Source of the DNA: Chiloscyllium plagiosum
Taxonomy: Eukaryota
Length of the DNA: 64,000 nt
Assembly (NCBI RefSeq): GCF_004010195.1
Contig: NC_057720.1
Location: 15,329,146 to 15,393,145, forward strand
Direction of reading: 5' to 3'
In this document: positions 49,763-62,063 of the stretch, one piece after another
Numbering within the stretch: position 1 is the stretch's first letter
Layout of the letters: the number at the start of each line of letters is the position of its first letter
Notes under the pieces: model-generated
Databases searched by the model: none
What the model was told of the DNA's origin: nothing
What the model saw: the letters and a program-made list of their open reading frames with translations, nothing else
Program-made: the position numbers and the translations under genes

Positions 49763-50661
49763 CGAAGTCTTCCTCATCTCTATATCTAAACTCCATTTAT
49801 TTTTATTAATTCACGTAATGTGGGCTTTGTTGGCTGCACCAGCATTTATTGTCTGTCCCTAGTTCCCTTAGAGAAATGGTGGTTAGCTTCATTCTTGAAG
49901 CAGTCCATTCCATTAAATCTCTCCTGTTCCAAAGTCTTCACATTCTTCTTAAAGGGCAGCACCTGGATTTGGACAACATGCACGACAATGGACACAATGG
50001 GGCTGAATCCATGTTTCATATAATTTCGCAGACATTCCTGAGTATTACACTATTATAAAGTCAATTCGCTGCTTTGTTAACCTTTCCTGTTATCTTCAAA
50101 GATTTGTGCCCAAACATTGCTTGGCACCTCTGTCCTTGCCCCTGTTTTGAAGTGGCGCATTTAGTTTACACCATATCTCATTGCTCCTCCCACCACAACA
50201 CAGCACCTTTCACTTGTCTGCATTGAATTTCACTGCACTTTCCATTCCCCAAGATGGTGCGTGCGATCTTGAACTCTATTGCTTCACCAGTTATACTTTC
50301 ACAGTTTTGTTATGTGCAATATTCTTCTAAGAAAAGAGCCTAAGAATAGAAGACTGTTGCACTTGTTCCAGAATTCAATTAGATCATAACTGATCTGGAT
50401 CATAACACCATCTATGATCTTGGTTGTGTGTTAGTTTCCCAGATGACCTGTGTGGTTCTTGCCACCCTGACCAGTAGCGAGTAAGAGTTTTTGGAGTCAG
50501 TCATTACCATCAATCTTCCTTTGTCTTTGCTTTGTCTTGGGGCCTATACAGTGATTAATGGTGGAGGATGCATTACTGTAGCGTATCTATGGAAGAGCCA
50601 CTGTTCTTCAATAGCACAAAGCTTTATCCCACGTTCATAATAAATACAGCTACACTTAGTC

Positions 50662-50930
50662 AGGCATGGTGGCTCAATGGTTGACTCTGCAACTGCACAG
50701 TGGCAGTGACCTGGGTTTGATTCCGGCCTCGGGTGACTGTCTGTGTGGAGCTTGCACGTTCTCCCTGTGCCTGCGAGAGTCTCCACTGGATGCTCTGGGA
50801 AATGTGAGGTTACAGGGATGGGGAATGGGAGGGCAGGGTCTGGGTGGTATGCTCTTCGAAGGGTTGGTACAGACTTGCTGGGCTGAGTGGGCACTTTCAG
50901 CATTGTGTGGATTCGATGGTTCTAGAATTA
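50662..50930 (+). mobile_element. HE1 V-SINE with internal deletion
   Basis: GGTGGCTCAATGG, GGTTTGATTCC, GACTGTCTGTGTGGAG, tail. Confidence 0.85.
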
Positions 50931-50954
50931 CTATGATAGAAGAAGAAGAACGCT

Positions 50955-51135
50955 TATAGTGTGATAGTAGGCCATTTGGTCCATCGAGTCCATACTGACT
51001 CTCTGAAGGACATCCCACCCAGACACAGCCCTCCTCTATAACCCTGCATTCCCCATGGCTAACCCACCTAGTCTGCACATCCCTGAACACTGTGGGCAAT
51101 TTAGCATGGCCAATCCACCTAATCTGCAGATCTTT
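50955..51135 (-). mobile_element. HE1 V-SINE 3' half, tail to tail with the previous copy
   Basis: GGCAATTTAGCATGGCCAATCCACCTAATCTGCA. Confidence 0.85.
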
Positions 51136-52107
51136 GTTATAATAGATGAAAATAAATGTCATCTATTTTCTCCAAAAGTGAGAATAGAATGCTTTATCCC
51201 CATCTGTATACTCTGTGTGACATCAGTAGAGTAGGTGCACTTAATGTGACATGAACTTAACCACTTCCAAACCATTACCTTACATAATCACTTTACCTTA
51301 TTACCAACTACCTATATCATCACTCCATGACCTTCTTCCTTCACTGTTCACCCACTACACAACAATATATAAAACCATACAGCATTTACTGTTCCTCCTG
51401 CCCCTCTGACTTCTCAAATGCAGGCGCTGTGCACTTTACGCTCCATTCAAACTTTAGGGAGTTAGGAAGGAAATTGAAAAGCAGGACTTCAAAGGTGGTA
51501 AACTCCAGATTATTCCTGGTGCTTCCCAGTAATGATTATGGGAAAAGAAGGATACAGCAGATGAAAGCTGGAGAGATGGTGCAGGAGGTGGGGCTTAGAT
51601 TCCTGAGGCATTGACATTGTTTCTGGGAGAAGTGGTAACTGTACAAGTTGGATAAGTTACATCTAAACAGCAATGGGGCCAACAGCCTCACAGTCAGGTT
51701 TGCTAATGCTGATGGGGTGGATTTTAACTCGATTGAAAGGAGGATGGGATTCTGACAAGTAGTTCAGAGGACAGAGAAGCTGAAATGGAATTAGACATTT
51801 AATCACAAGTGTCTGAGTTTGGAAGACAGAGGAAACATAGGCTAGATGGGATAGATGTGATTTTAGCAAGGCTAAATGCAGTAAACTCAATGCAAGGAAT
51901 GTGAGGAATTGGACAGATGTGCTGAGTGCACAGATTGACACATTGGAGTGTGATATCATAGCTGTGATCATGACTTAACTGGAAGATGGACAGAGATGGC
52001 AGCTCAACCTTCCTGGTTATCGCATATGAAGAGAAGATAGAGAGGGGAGTAATGGAGGAGGGGTTTTGATATATTGATCAAGGATTTATTGAAATATTGA
52101 TCAAGGA

Positions 52108-52748
52108 ACCATTGACCACAAACTCAGTTGGACTCAGCACATAAACACAATGGCTCCAAGAGCAGGTCAGAGACTAGGAGTACTGCAGCAAGTAACTCAC
52201 CTCCTGACTCCCCAAAGCCTGTCCACCATCTACAAGGCACAAGTCAGGCGTGTGATGGAATACTCCCCACTTGTCTGGATGAGTGCAGACCCAACAAGAC
52301 TCAAGTAGGTTGACACCATCCAAGACAAGGCAACCTGTTTGATTGGCACTGCATCCACAAGCATCCACTCGCTCCACCACCAACACTCAGTAGCAGCAAC
52401 GTATACTATCTTCAAGATGCACTGCAGAAATTCACCAAAGATCCTTGGAGAGCATCTTCCAAATCCATTACCACTTCCATCTGGAAGGACAAGGGCAGCG
52501 ATATATGGGAATATTACCATCAAGCCCCTCACCATCCTGACTGGGAAACATATCACTGTTCCTTCAGTGTCATTGGGTCAAACTCCTAGATTTCCCTCCT
52601 TAAGGGCATTGTGGGTCAACCCACAGCAGGTGGACTGGAGTGGTTCAAGAAGACAGCTCACTACCACCTTCTCGAGGACAACTAGGGACAGACAATAAAT
52701 GCTGTCCAGCCAATGATGACCATAATCACACGAGTGAATAAAAAGAAA
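52108..52748 (+). mobile_element. 3' portion of a CR1/L2-group LINE (putative partner of SINE family B)
   Basis: IDHKLSWTQHI..RAGQRLGVL..LSTIYKAQVRRVMEYSPLVW..DTIQDKA; tail CAATAAATGCTGTCCAGCC..GTGAATAAAAAG. Confidence 0.85.
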
Positions 52749-53154
52749 TTAAATTATAGCAGTAAGAAAGGATGGTATCATGGAAGGGATCATCAATGAA
52801 GCTGCATGGGCAAAAATAAACAACACAAAAGAGACTAACACATGTGTGTGTGTGTGTGTGGGGTGTGTAATACAGGCCCTGAAACAGTCAGGGAGAGATA
52901 GAGGATCGAATATGTAATCAAATGTCAGGGAGGTATCAGAATAATAAGGCCAAAATAGCAGGGGATTTTGACAACCCAAATATTAACTGGGAGAGTTTCA
53001 CTCTCTAAGGTGGGGAGGGAAAAATCCTTAAGTTGCATCCAGGAGACTTTTCTGCCCAGCAGTTGAAAGCCCACAGAGAGGAGGTGGTTCTGAACCTGAT
53101 ATTTAGAAATGAGCTTGAGTAGGTGAAAGACATATCAGCGGGGGAGTAATTTGG

Positions 53155-53822
53155 AGATAGTGATCATAACTCAGTGAGATTCAGAATAATTATGGAAAAA
53201 GATATTGACGAAATGGGAATGAAAGTTCAAAACTAGGTTAGTCTGTTTCTTCTAAGATAAGGTTTGGCCCAAGTAGACTAGGAGCGGCTACTTGTAGATA
53301 AAACCCTCAAAGCAATGGGAGGCATTCAATGAGGACACAATGAAAGTAAGGGGCAAAAAGGTTCCCAGGAAGGCAAAGAGTGGGTTCAAGACCAGAGAAC
53401 TCTGGATGTCAAGGGAGATGAAGATTAGGATGAAGATAAATGCAGGCGTATGGGTGGGTTGCGCTTCGGCGGGTCGGTGTGGACTTGTTGGGCCGAAGGG
53501 CCTGTTTCCACACTGTAAGTAATCTAATCTAATCTAATCTAATCTAGATAGGTAACTCAGTGAGCTTCAGAATAATTATGGAAAAAGATATTGACGAAAT
53601 GGGAATGAAAGTTCAAAACTAGGTCAGTCTGTTTCTTCTAAGGTAAGGTTTGGCCCAAGTAGACTAGGAGCGGCTACTTGTAGATAAAACGCTCAAAGCA
53701 ATGGGAGGCATTCAATGAGGACACAATGAAAGTAAGGGGCAAAAAGGTTCCCAGGAAGGCAAAGAGTGGGTTCAAGACCAGAGAACTCTGGATGTCAAGG
53801 GAGATGAAGATTAGGATGAAGA
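53155..53822 (+). repeat. ~280 bp direct duplication (53155-53436 and 53546-53822) flanking an HE1 3' tail (53437-53545)
   Basis: Copies differ by about four substitutions and one small indel; the insert ends in (AATCT)5. Confidence 0.95.
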
Positions 53823-53927
53823 ACAAAAAAGACAAGCTAATTTGGCAGGTACCAAGGACTCAATATGCTGAATACGTAGAGGAGAATTAACAGTGTGGGG
53901 GAGATCTTTAAAGGAAAATTTAAAAGG

Positions 53928-54170
53928 CACCTAAAGGGGCAACGTTTTCACACAGAGGATGGTGCGTGTATAGAATGAGCTGCCAGAGGTAGTGGTGGAG
54001 GCTGGTAAAATTGCAACATTTAAAAGACATCTAGATGGGTATATGAATAGGAATTAGAGGGATATGGGCCAAGTGCTGGCAAATGGGACTAGATTAGGTT
54101 GGGATATCTGGTCGGCATGGATGAGTTGGACCGAAGGGTCTGTCTCCATGCTGTTCATCTCTATGACTCT
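53928..54170 (+). mobile_element. Younger CR1 3' end nested in old CR1
   Basis: GNVFTQRMVRV.NELPEVVVEAG; tail ATCTCTATGACTCT. Confidence 0.88.
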
Positions 54171-55124
54171 CAAACTCAATGAAGCAAGGACAGTGCACAA
54201 GGAAGTATTGACAGGGAGAATAAAGGAGAATCTCAAGGTTTTTCTTTTAACATATAAAGAGCAAGACACTAACTAGGGAAAAAAAGAACCCATTGGGAAC
54301 CATAGAGGTAATTGCTGTGGACCTGGCATAGTCTTCAATGAATACTTTGCTTCGGTCTTCACAATGGAAAAGGGCAGGCAGCTGTGGACACCGTGTTTGA
54401 GGCTTGTGAAATATTAGAAGAAATTAAAACAGAGACAGGGATAGTACCAGTGGGGTTAGCAGCCTTAAACATAGATAAATCGAGATGAGATACACATTAG
54501 ACTATTGAGGGAGAGCCCATATTGGGGGTCCTGCAGTTATTCTCAAATCGTCTCTGGCCACAGATAAGGTGCCAGAGGATTGGATGACTGCTGACATTGT
54601 CCTGTGATTAAAAAAGACAGGAAGGGCAGGACCAGGAAACTATAAGCAGACAGTCTAATCTTGGTTGTGGGGGATGTTTTTACAAAGAATTCTGAGGGGC
54701 AGAATATATCTTCACTTGGAGAGACATTAATTCATCAAGCGGGGATGGTCAGCAAGGATTTGTCAAAGGAAGATTGTCTTTGACAAACTTGATTGAATTT
54801 TCTGAGCAGGTAACCGAAGGTATTCATAAAGGTAATGTATTTGTTGTGGTTTACATGGACTTTAGCAAGGCTTATGGCAGACTGGTCAAGAAAGTAAAAG
54901 CCTATGGGATCCAAGGGAAAATGGCACATTGGATCCACAATTAGCCAAGAGGCAGGAATCAGAGGGTGATGGCAGACGGGCATTTCTCTGAATGGAAGTC
55001 TGTTTCCAGCGGGGTACCACAATGCTCGATATTGGAGCCCAAGCTGTTTGTGGTATACATTAGTAGTTTGGTATGATAAAGAAGTTTGTGAATGATATGA
55101 ACATTGACAGTGTAATAAATATTG

Positions 55125-55706
55125 GTCAGAGCATTGAGTATAGGAACTGGGAGGTCATTAGGCAGCTGTATAGGCCACTTTTGGAATTTTGTGTGCAATT
55201 CGAGTCTCTCTCCTACTGGAAGGATGTTGTGAAATGTGAAAGGGTTTAGAAAAGATTTACAAGGACGTTGCCGGGGTTGGAGGATTTGAGTTACAGGGAG
55301 AGGCTGTACAGGTTGGGGCTGTTTTCCTTGGAGTGTTGGAGTCTAAGGGGTGACCTTATAGAAGTTTATAAAATGATGAGGGGGTTTGGATACGGTAAAT
55401 AGACAAGGTTTTTTTCCCTGAGGTGGGGAGTCAGAACTAGAGGGTATAGGTTTAGGCTGAGAGGGAAAAGATATAAAAGGGACCTATGGGGCAACATTTT
55501 CAGACAGAGGATGGCGTGTATATGGAAAGAACTGCCAGAGGAAGTGGTGGATGAAATGTGGCACAATTACAAGATTTAAAAGACATTTGGATGGGTATAT
55601 GAATGGGAAGGGTTTGGAGGGATATGGGTCAGGTGCTGGTAAATGGGACTAAATTAATTTAGGATATCTGGTCAGCATGGACGAGTTGGACCGAAGGGTG
55701 TGACTC
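55125..55706 (+). mobile_element. Younger CR1 3' portion nested in old CR1, 9 bp TSD
   Basis: TAAATATTG at 55116-55124 and 55707-55715; LSYRERLYRLGLFSLE. Confidence 0.88.
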
Positions 55707-57754
55707 TAAATATTGAAGAGGAGAGTCACACGCTATCGATAGACTGGTTCAGTCGGCAGAGCAAATGGAATTCAAGCGAGAAAATGTGAGGTAATACACA
55801 TTGGAAGGGTTAACATGATAATGAATTACTCCATGGATGGTAACACCCTGAAAGTACTGAATATCAGAGGGATTGTGGTGTGCTTATCCACAGATCGCTG
55901 AAAGTAGCCGGGCAGGTAGATAAGGTGGTTAAGAAGACATGTGGGAACTTGCCTTTATGAACCGAGGCACAGGATACAAGAGCAGGAAAGTTATGCTAGT
56001 CTTCATAAACCACTGGTTAGACCACAACTGGAGTATTGCATGCAGTCTGGTCACTACAATGTAGGAAAGATGTGATTGCACTAAAGATGGTGTGGTGAAG
56101 ATTTACCAGAATGCTGCTTGGGCTCGAGAGTCAGAGCTAAGAAGAAAGATTTTATAGGTTCAGGCTGTTTTCTTTGAAACAACCAAGTTTGACCAGTCTG
56201 TCGTAAGAGACCTTGTCAAGGCCTTGCTAAGGTCCATGTAGACCACATCAAATGTTTTACCCTCATCAGTTCTGCCCAGGTTGAAAAGGGACCTGATAGA
56301 AGTGCATAAGATTATGAGGGGCATAGATAGAGCGGATTGGAAGGCACCTTTTCCATTAGTTGAGAATCATTAACCAGCAGTCATTGATAATAAGATGTAG
56401 ATGGCTAAGGGGAGGGTTGAGGAGAATTCTTTTTTGCTCAGCGAGTGGTGAGAGTCTGGAACCCCTTGCCTGAAAGAGTGGTTGAGTCAGAATCTCTTGT
56501 AAAATTTAAGCAAAATTTAGATACTCACTTCATCCCATCACCTCCAGAATGGTGGGCCAAAAGCTGATAAACGTGATGAGTGTAGTCAGATCTTTGTCGA
56601 CTGGCATGGACATGATGGGCACTGGCCTTCTGTGCTGTTGACATCTGAATCTCTGAGTCTCATGGCAGTCTCAGAGTCCTGCTATAAGGGATGAAATGGT
56701 GCAGTATATTCATCCAGGCACAAGAAGGCGAGTTAGCAATACTCTATTACAAAAAAAAGGAATACAGTAAATGCATCAAAGGAAGGACTTTTTTCTGTCG
56801 TCTAACACACCTTCCTGACTAAGTGGCATGAATTGTATTTATTCATAAGTAATTCTGGAGATCCATTACTCTTTTAACTAAGTTTTGTAATTATCTCGAT
56901 GAGGTTTCGATCATGGTAAAAGTAAAGAATGATTTACCACTTTTCCAGTGTTAAATCTAGAACAGAACAGCCCATGTGAAGGTTAAACTCTCCGTGCTCT
57001 GGCTGAGAAAATACCTCAACATCAAGAGCAGATCATTGATAAACCATTTGTTACCCACACAGACCTTGATAGAGTAGCTGAATAGGCCCAAAGCCTTCAA
57101 ATCACCAACAATTTGTTACATTCATTGATCATTTCTGAATTAACCAAAACAAATGGCTTGACGAAATACGGTAGGGAGATTAAATACTTCTTGAACACAG
57201 GAGAGAAAAGGTTAGTGCAACCGTTACTTGACAAAGAGTTAAAATTAATTTACCGATGAGCAAAATAATTCATGGGAAAGAAGCAAAACTAGTACATGGG
57301 AATGGAAGTCCTCTGTACAATCTGTGTAGTCTGAGGTATCTCTGTTAACATCCCTCTTTGTGTGCTGGAACATTTTCTGTACAGGTGTGCACCAGCATGT
57401 ACAAGTGCACAAGGGCCTGTAATGTGCTTCACAACATGTCCAGGCTGTGTCGAGTTAGTCCCTGCGTGGAGAAAGGTGAAATACCTTTCAATGAGTTGCA
57501 TTTACATGTTGCAGCGAGCAATGCTTTTCAGTAAGGACTTGATTATAATTGGTCGTGGCAGTGCTATCCAATTCTGCTGTGATTTGTAACAGAGCTGAGT
57601 TGGAACGTACAGTGAACCATCATCGCTCTCAGTGACTACAGCAACATGCAAGGAAATGGTTGCTCTTTTCTATTTTTTTTCTGTGCTTATTAAGAAAGGG
57701 ACATGAGATTTAGAAAAAAGAGGAATTTTCTCTTGACAATGATTTTTTTTAATA

Positions 57755-58064
57755 TTAGAATTAGATTCCCTACAGTGTGGAAACAGGCCCTTTTGGCCCA
57801 ACCAGTCCACACCGACCCTCCGAAGAGTAACCCACCCAGACCCATTTCCCTCTGACTAATGCACCTAGCACCACGGGCAATTTAGCATGGCCAATTCACC
57901 TGACCTGCACATCTTTGGACTGTGGGAGGAAACCAGAGCAAACCCACGCTGACACTGGCAGAATGTGCAAATTCCACACAGACAGTCGCCCGAGGCTGGA
58001 ATCGAACCTGGGACCCTGGTGCTGTGAGGCAGCAGTGCTAACCACTGAGTCACCGTGCCACCCC
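57755..58064 (-). mobile_element. HE1 V-SINE, full length and well preserved
   Basis: Minus strand: GGCACGGTGACTCAGTGGTTAGCACTGCTGCCTCACAGC..GGTTCGATTCC..tail GGGAATCTAATTCTAA. Confidence 0.95.
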
Positions 58065-59224
58065 AATTTGCCAACAATTGTCTTTGAGAAAGGAACAGGA
58101 AGCAAGGGGTTGAAATTTACAAGCACACGCCTTGTTTCATGGGTCTCAAGCTGATATATGACTCACAAGTTTAGAATTCAGGTGACCCCTGACCAATCTA
58201 CACATGCATTCAGTTGATTAATACAATAAACAGCATTTTTCTCTTGTGTAAAACAGACATTGAGCTCCTCTTGCATCTGAGTGTTTGGGTCCTACTACCT
58301 GTCTTTCTCTGTGGTCCTCTGGGACTATGGTGATTTTATCACTCCCTTTGCCTTTTGAAAGACCCTTCTGTGAAATGTTGATTTTTCGATGAGCAGTGCC
58401 CCATTCAGGAATGGACATTAATATCTCATCTGTGACCACTGGCTTTGCATGTGTGCCCAAGACTAATTGATACCCATTGGTTCTGATTACCAACCACCAC
58501 TGGCAGGACTCCCCCTCCCCCCTCCCCCTCATGAGTGGACCCAGTGTTGTGAATCAATTTTGGGAGGTGCTAATTGGGATATTATCTACATTATAGCTTA
58601 TTATATTGGAACTTACTTTACTAACCATTAAAAAAAACTTCATATTTTACTTGTCTGTGAAATTGTTTGACATTAATGTACAGAAACAGGTTTATGACTT
58701 GATGAAAGATGAGCAGCAAATGTAACATATTCCTTTTAAGAAAGCAAGAATGTGGTTTGAAAGAGATTTCTGAAACTAGCTCTGATTTTATTCTCAGGTT
58801 TCTTCCCTGAAAGATAGGTTCCATTGGGATTTATTTCAATAATTCTACTTTTGATAATTTTACAAAATTTGATCTTTATAAAGGAGCTTAAATCTGATCA
58901 AACTTGATGATTGTCACGTGGGCAATTTAATTAAGTCCTGATATTTTGGCTTCTTCTTCAAAAACTCCTTTAATGAAAACGAGGTACTTTTTTGATAGAT
59001 ATGCTGTAATTCATTCCTCTTCTCATCAAACTATGTTGCAAATGTTAGAGTATTCAAGACTTCCAGGCAAGAAATAATCGCAGGTCTCAGTGGCTGCCTG
59101 TTCATCCAATTCAACAGCATGTAGCAGGTTCAGCAATTCCCAGGAGTTTCCCAATGACCCTTGTCAAGATTGAAGGCCTCTTCATGTGGGAGTTGTGCCC
59201 AGAGTGGTGGAATTTATAATCAAA

Positions 59225-59710
59225 AGAATCATAGAATTGTACAAGACAAACGAGGCTCTTTGGCCCACTGAGTCTACACCTGACCCACTCTAAATCTACA
59301 CTAGCACCCTTTCCCACACTGGGCCCCCAGCTTTGAATATTATTACATTTCAAGTGCTCATCCAAATACTTTTTAAAGGCTATGTGGTTTCCCACGTCAA
59401 ACATCCTTCCCGACAGTGCATTCCAGATTCACACCATCCTCTGGGTGAAAAGATTTTCCTTCAATCCCCTCTAAACTTCCTGCTTTTCACCTTAAAAATT
59501 AGGCCCCCTTATTTTTGATTCTCCAACTAAGGAGTATGAGCTGCTTCCTATCCGCCTGTCCACGTCCCTCATAATCTTATAAATCTCTATCGGGTTCCCC
59601 TCACAGCCTTCTCTGCTTTAAAGGAAGCAACTCAATCTAGCCCAGCCTCTCTTCAGAGCTAAAATGTTCCGTCTCAGCCAATCTCCTGGTCAATCCTGTC
59701 TGCAATTCCT
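59225..59710 (-). mobile_element. CR1 3' end
   Basis: FTQRMV.IWNALS; AFKKYLDEHLK; tail CAATTCTATGATTCT. Confidence 0.85.
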
Positions 59711-60029
59711 CCATAAGGAATGCAAGGAATGGCATGGATCTTAAAATCCAATTTAAAAACATGAGTTGTGTTTGTTTTTCAGGATTATAGCTCAAATTAT
59801 GAATCCTGTTTGAAATGAGTGTGAACAGCACTATCAGATAGTGTGGACCTCCATCATAGTCACTGAAGTGAAGGGATCTGCTCCTGACCCTGATCTTTCA
59901 AAGGCCCGCCAGCAGAGGTCACTGTTTCACTATCCTTCCAGCCAAATTGCTGGGACCCAAACTTGATTCTCCCCTTCTCTGAACCTTCCACTGTTTATTC
60001 ACTGGGATAGTATTCTGCACATTCTGAGG

Positions 60030-60345
60030 TGAGAATCATAGTGAGAAATGAGGCCGGTCAGCTCTTCGAGTCTGTGCTGACCCTTTGAAGAGCATCCCAC
60101 CCTATCCCCACATTAACCGTGGCTGACCCACTTCGGATATACATCCCTGAGTACTACAGGACAGTGTAGCATGGCCAATCCACCTAACCTGCATATCTTT
60201 GGACTGTGAGAGAAACCCAGAGCACCTGGAGGAAGCCCACATAGACACAGGGAGAGCATGCAAACCCTGTACAGTCAGTCACCAGAGGTTGGGATCAAAA
60301 GCAGGTCTTTGGTGCTGTGAGGCAGCAGTACTAACCACTGAGCTA
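60030..60345 (-). mobile_element. HE1 V-SINE
   Basis: AGCATGGCCAATCCACCTAACCTGCA..GGTGCTGTGAGGCAGCAGTACTAACCACTGAGC. Confidence 0.88.
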
Positions 60346-60424
60346 GCCATGGTGTTGGGGTATTGAGAGACTCTGGTGCAGGAGAAGGCAATGTCCCTCA
60401 ATCCCAGACCAAATGCCCAAAGGG

Positions 60425-60761
60425 GTTTTTCTTTATTCATTCACAGGATGAGGGCATCACTGGCTAGGCAGCATTTGTTGCCCAGAGGGCAGTTAAGAGT
60501 CAACCACATTGCTGTGGGTCTGGAGTTACATGTAGGCTGGACCAGGTAAAGATGGCAGCTTCCTTCCCTGAAGGACATTAATGATCCAGATGGGTTTTTC
60601 CAGCAATCAACAATGGATTCATGGTCACCATTAAACTCTTAATTCTAGATTTTTAGTGAATTCAAATTCCACCACCAGCCATGACAGGATTTGAACCCAG
60701 CTCCCCAGTACATTATCTGGGTCAATAATCCAGCGATAATGCCACTGGGGCATCGCCTCCT
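60425..60761 (-). mobile_element. SINE family B, full length
   Basis: TTATTCATTCACAGGATG..AAGAGTCAACCACATTGCTGTGGGTCTGGAG..GGATTTGAACCC..CATCGCCTCC. Confidence 0.85.
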
Positions 60762-61169
60762 CTAATTCATTCAATGCCGATAATGACAGTTCTATTTTTA
60801 ATCATTGGCTATCCTTTCAAGCACTGTGCCTAAACATTTCTTGCCAATTTGTGCCAAATCATAGCAGTTTTGGCCCACAGACTGAACCACTGAAAATGAG
60901 CTGAAAACTCGCTCCATGGAAGAGCGTCCTGACCACGAGAGGACGTGTGAGTTCAACATAACCTGCCTTGTCAACTGGAGAGGCAAGTCCTCCGGGGAAT
61001 GCATCACCTTCCAGTCCCTTCCACACCCATTCCTTCAGATTCATCACCTCCATTTTTCCACTGAGCCCTTTTATCAAGGTTAGGTGGGGCTGGGGTGGTG
61101 ATGGGGAAGAGTGCGGGAATGCTGGAATTTTAGAAGCTTGGAAAATAAAACAAAACAAGAGGGTGTAGA

Positions 61170-61755
61170 TTGAAAATGGTGTGTGAATGGAGCAAGGGCG
61201 ATGTAAGACAAACCTTTTCCACACAACGAGTAGTTAGAGTATGGAATGAAAATAATCTCCCTTCCCTTCCCCCAATTCCAGTCCCACTTTCATCCTTCCA
61301 TTCTACTTAGTGATCTCTCCTTCCTGCCAACAACTGGATTCATTCCTCCCATCGAACAACCAGGCTGTACCCTCTACCAGTGTCTGCCTATCCCTACCTC
61401 ATCTCTCCCTCCCTCCCCCAGCACCCCTTCCCCTTTATCTGGGGCTCCCCTCAGCATCAGCTCCAGTCCTGAAGAAGGGTTACTCCTGAACCATTGACTT
61501 CTCCACCTCCTGGCGCTGACTGGCTTGCTGTGTTCTTCCAGCCTCCTGCCTGTCTACTTTGGATTCCAGCGTCTGCAGTTTCTTTGTCTCTGGAAATGTG
61601 GTGGAGTCAGGTTCAACTGAGGCATTCAAGAGGGGCACTGGATGGTAACGTGAAGATAAATATTATGCAGGGATATGGCTAAAGGTAGGAGATTAGAACT
61701 GGTGTGGGCATGATGGACCAAATGGCCTCTTTCTGTGCTGTAACAATTCTGTCAT
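61170..61755 (+). mobile_element. CR1 3' end split by a PLE pLTR (61255-61590) with a degenerate hammerhead core
   Basis: FHTTSS.SME / TQRVVRVWN-like text stops at 61250 and resumes at 61592; insert contains agtc-CTGAAGAAGGGTTACTCCTGAACCATTgact and terminus TTCCAGCGTCTGCAG. Confidence 0.75.
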
Positions 61756-62063
61756 TCTGTTATTTTACAGAAGTGCAGAGCCCAGGCAATTTATTTGATG
61801 GTTTGCATGGCTACATGAGATGTACGTATTTATACTTAACAATTTTCTTTGCAGGTTATATTCTAACTAATAAATGCAGATGTGAATTGAACACGAGATG
61901 GTCAGGTTCTGGAAGGATTTAATACACTGTGTGACACTACTCGAAAGCATGAAGGAAGCAGATTGCCAACTTCCAACAATTGGAAAAATACTAAAAAAGG
62001 CAAAACTCGTGGGGGACTAGGGAAAGACCGGAGAAAAGAGGGGCAATGATATCCACTTTACGT

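Larger units (their letters stand above)
51440..56650 (+). mobile_element. Long old CR1 (ORF1 esterase end, APE, RT, 3' UTR) with nested insertions
   Basis: FRELGRKLKSRTSKVV (ORF1); LNARNVRN..DIIAV (APE); LNEYFASVFT-like, VPEDW, YMDFSKA, SGVPQ, LVRPQLEYC, QRVVRVWNPLP in collinear order. Confidence 0.85.

Noticed and set aside
57990..58064. tRNA gene
   Set aside because: The A and B boxes are the head of an HE1 SINE and run directly into the V-domain; the same applies to the other SINE heads
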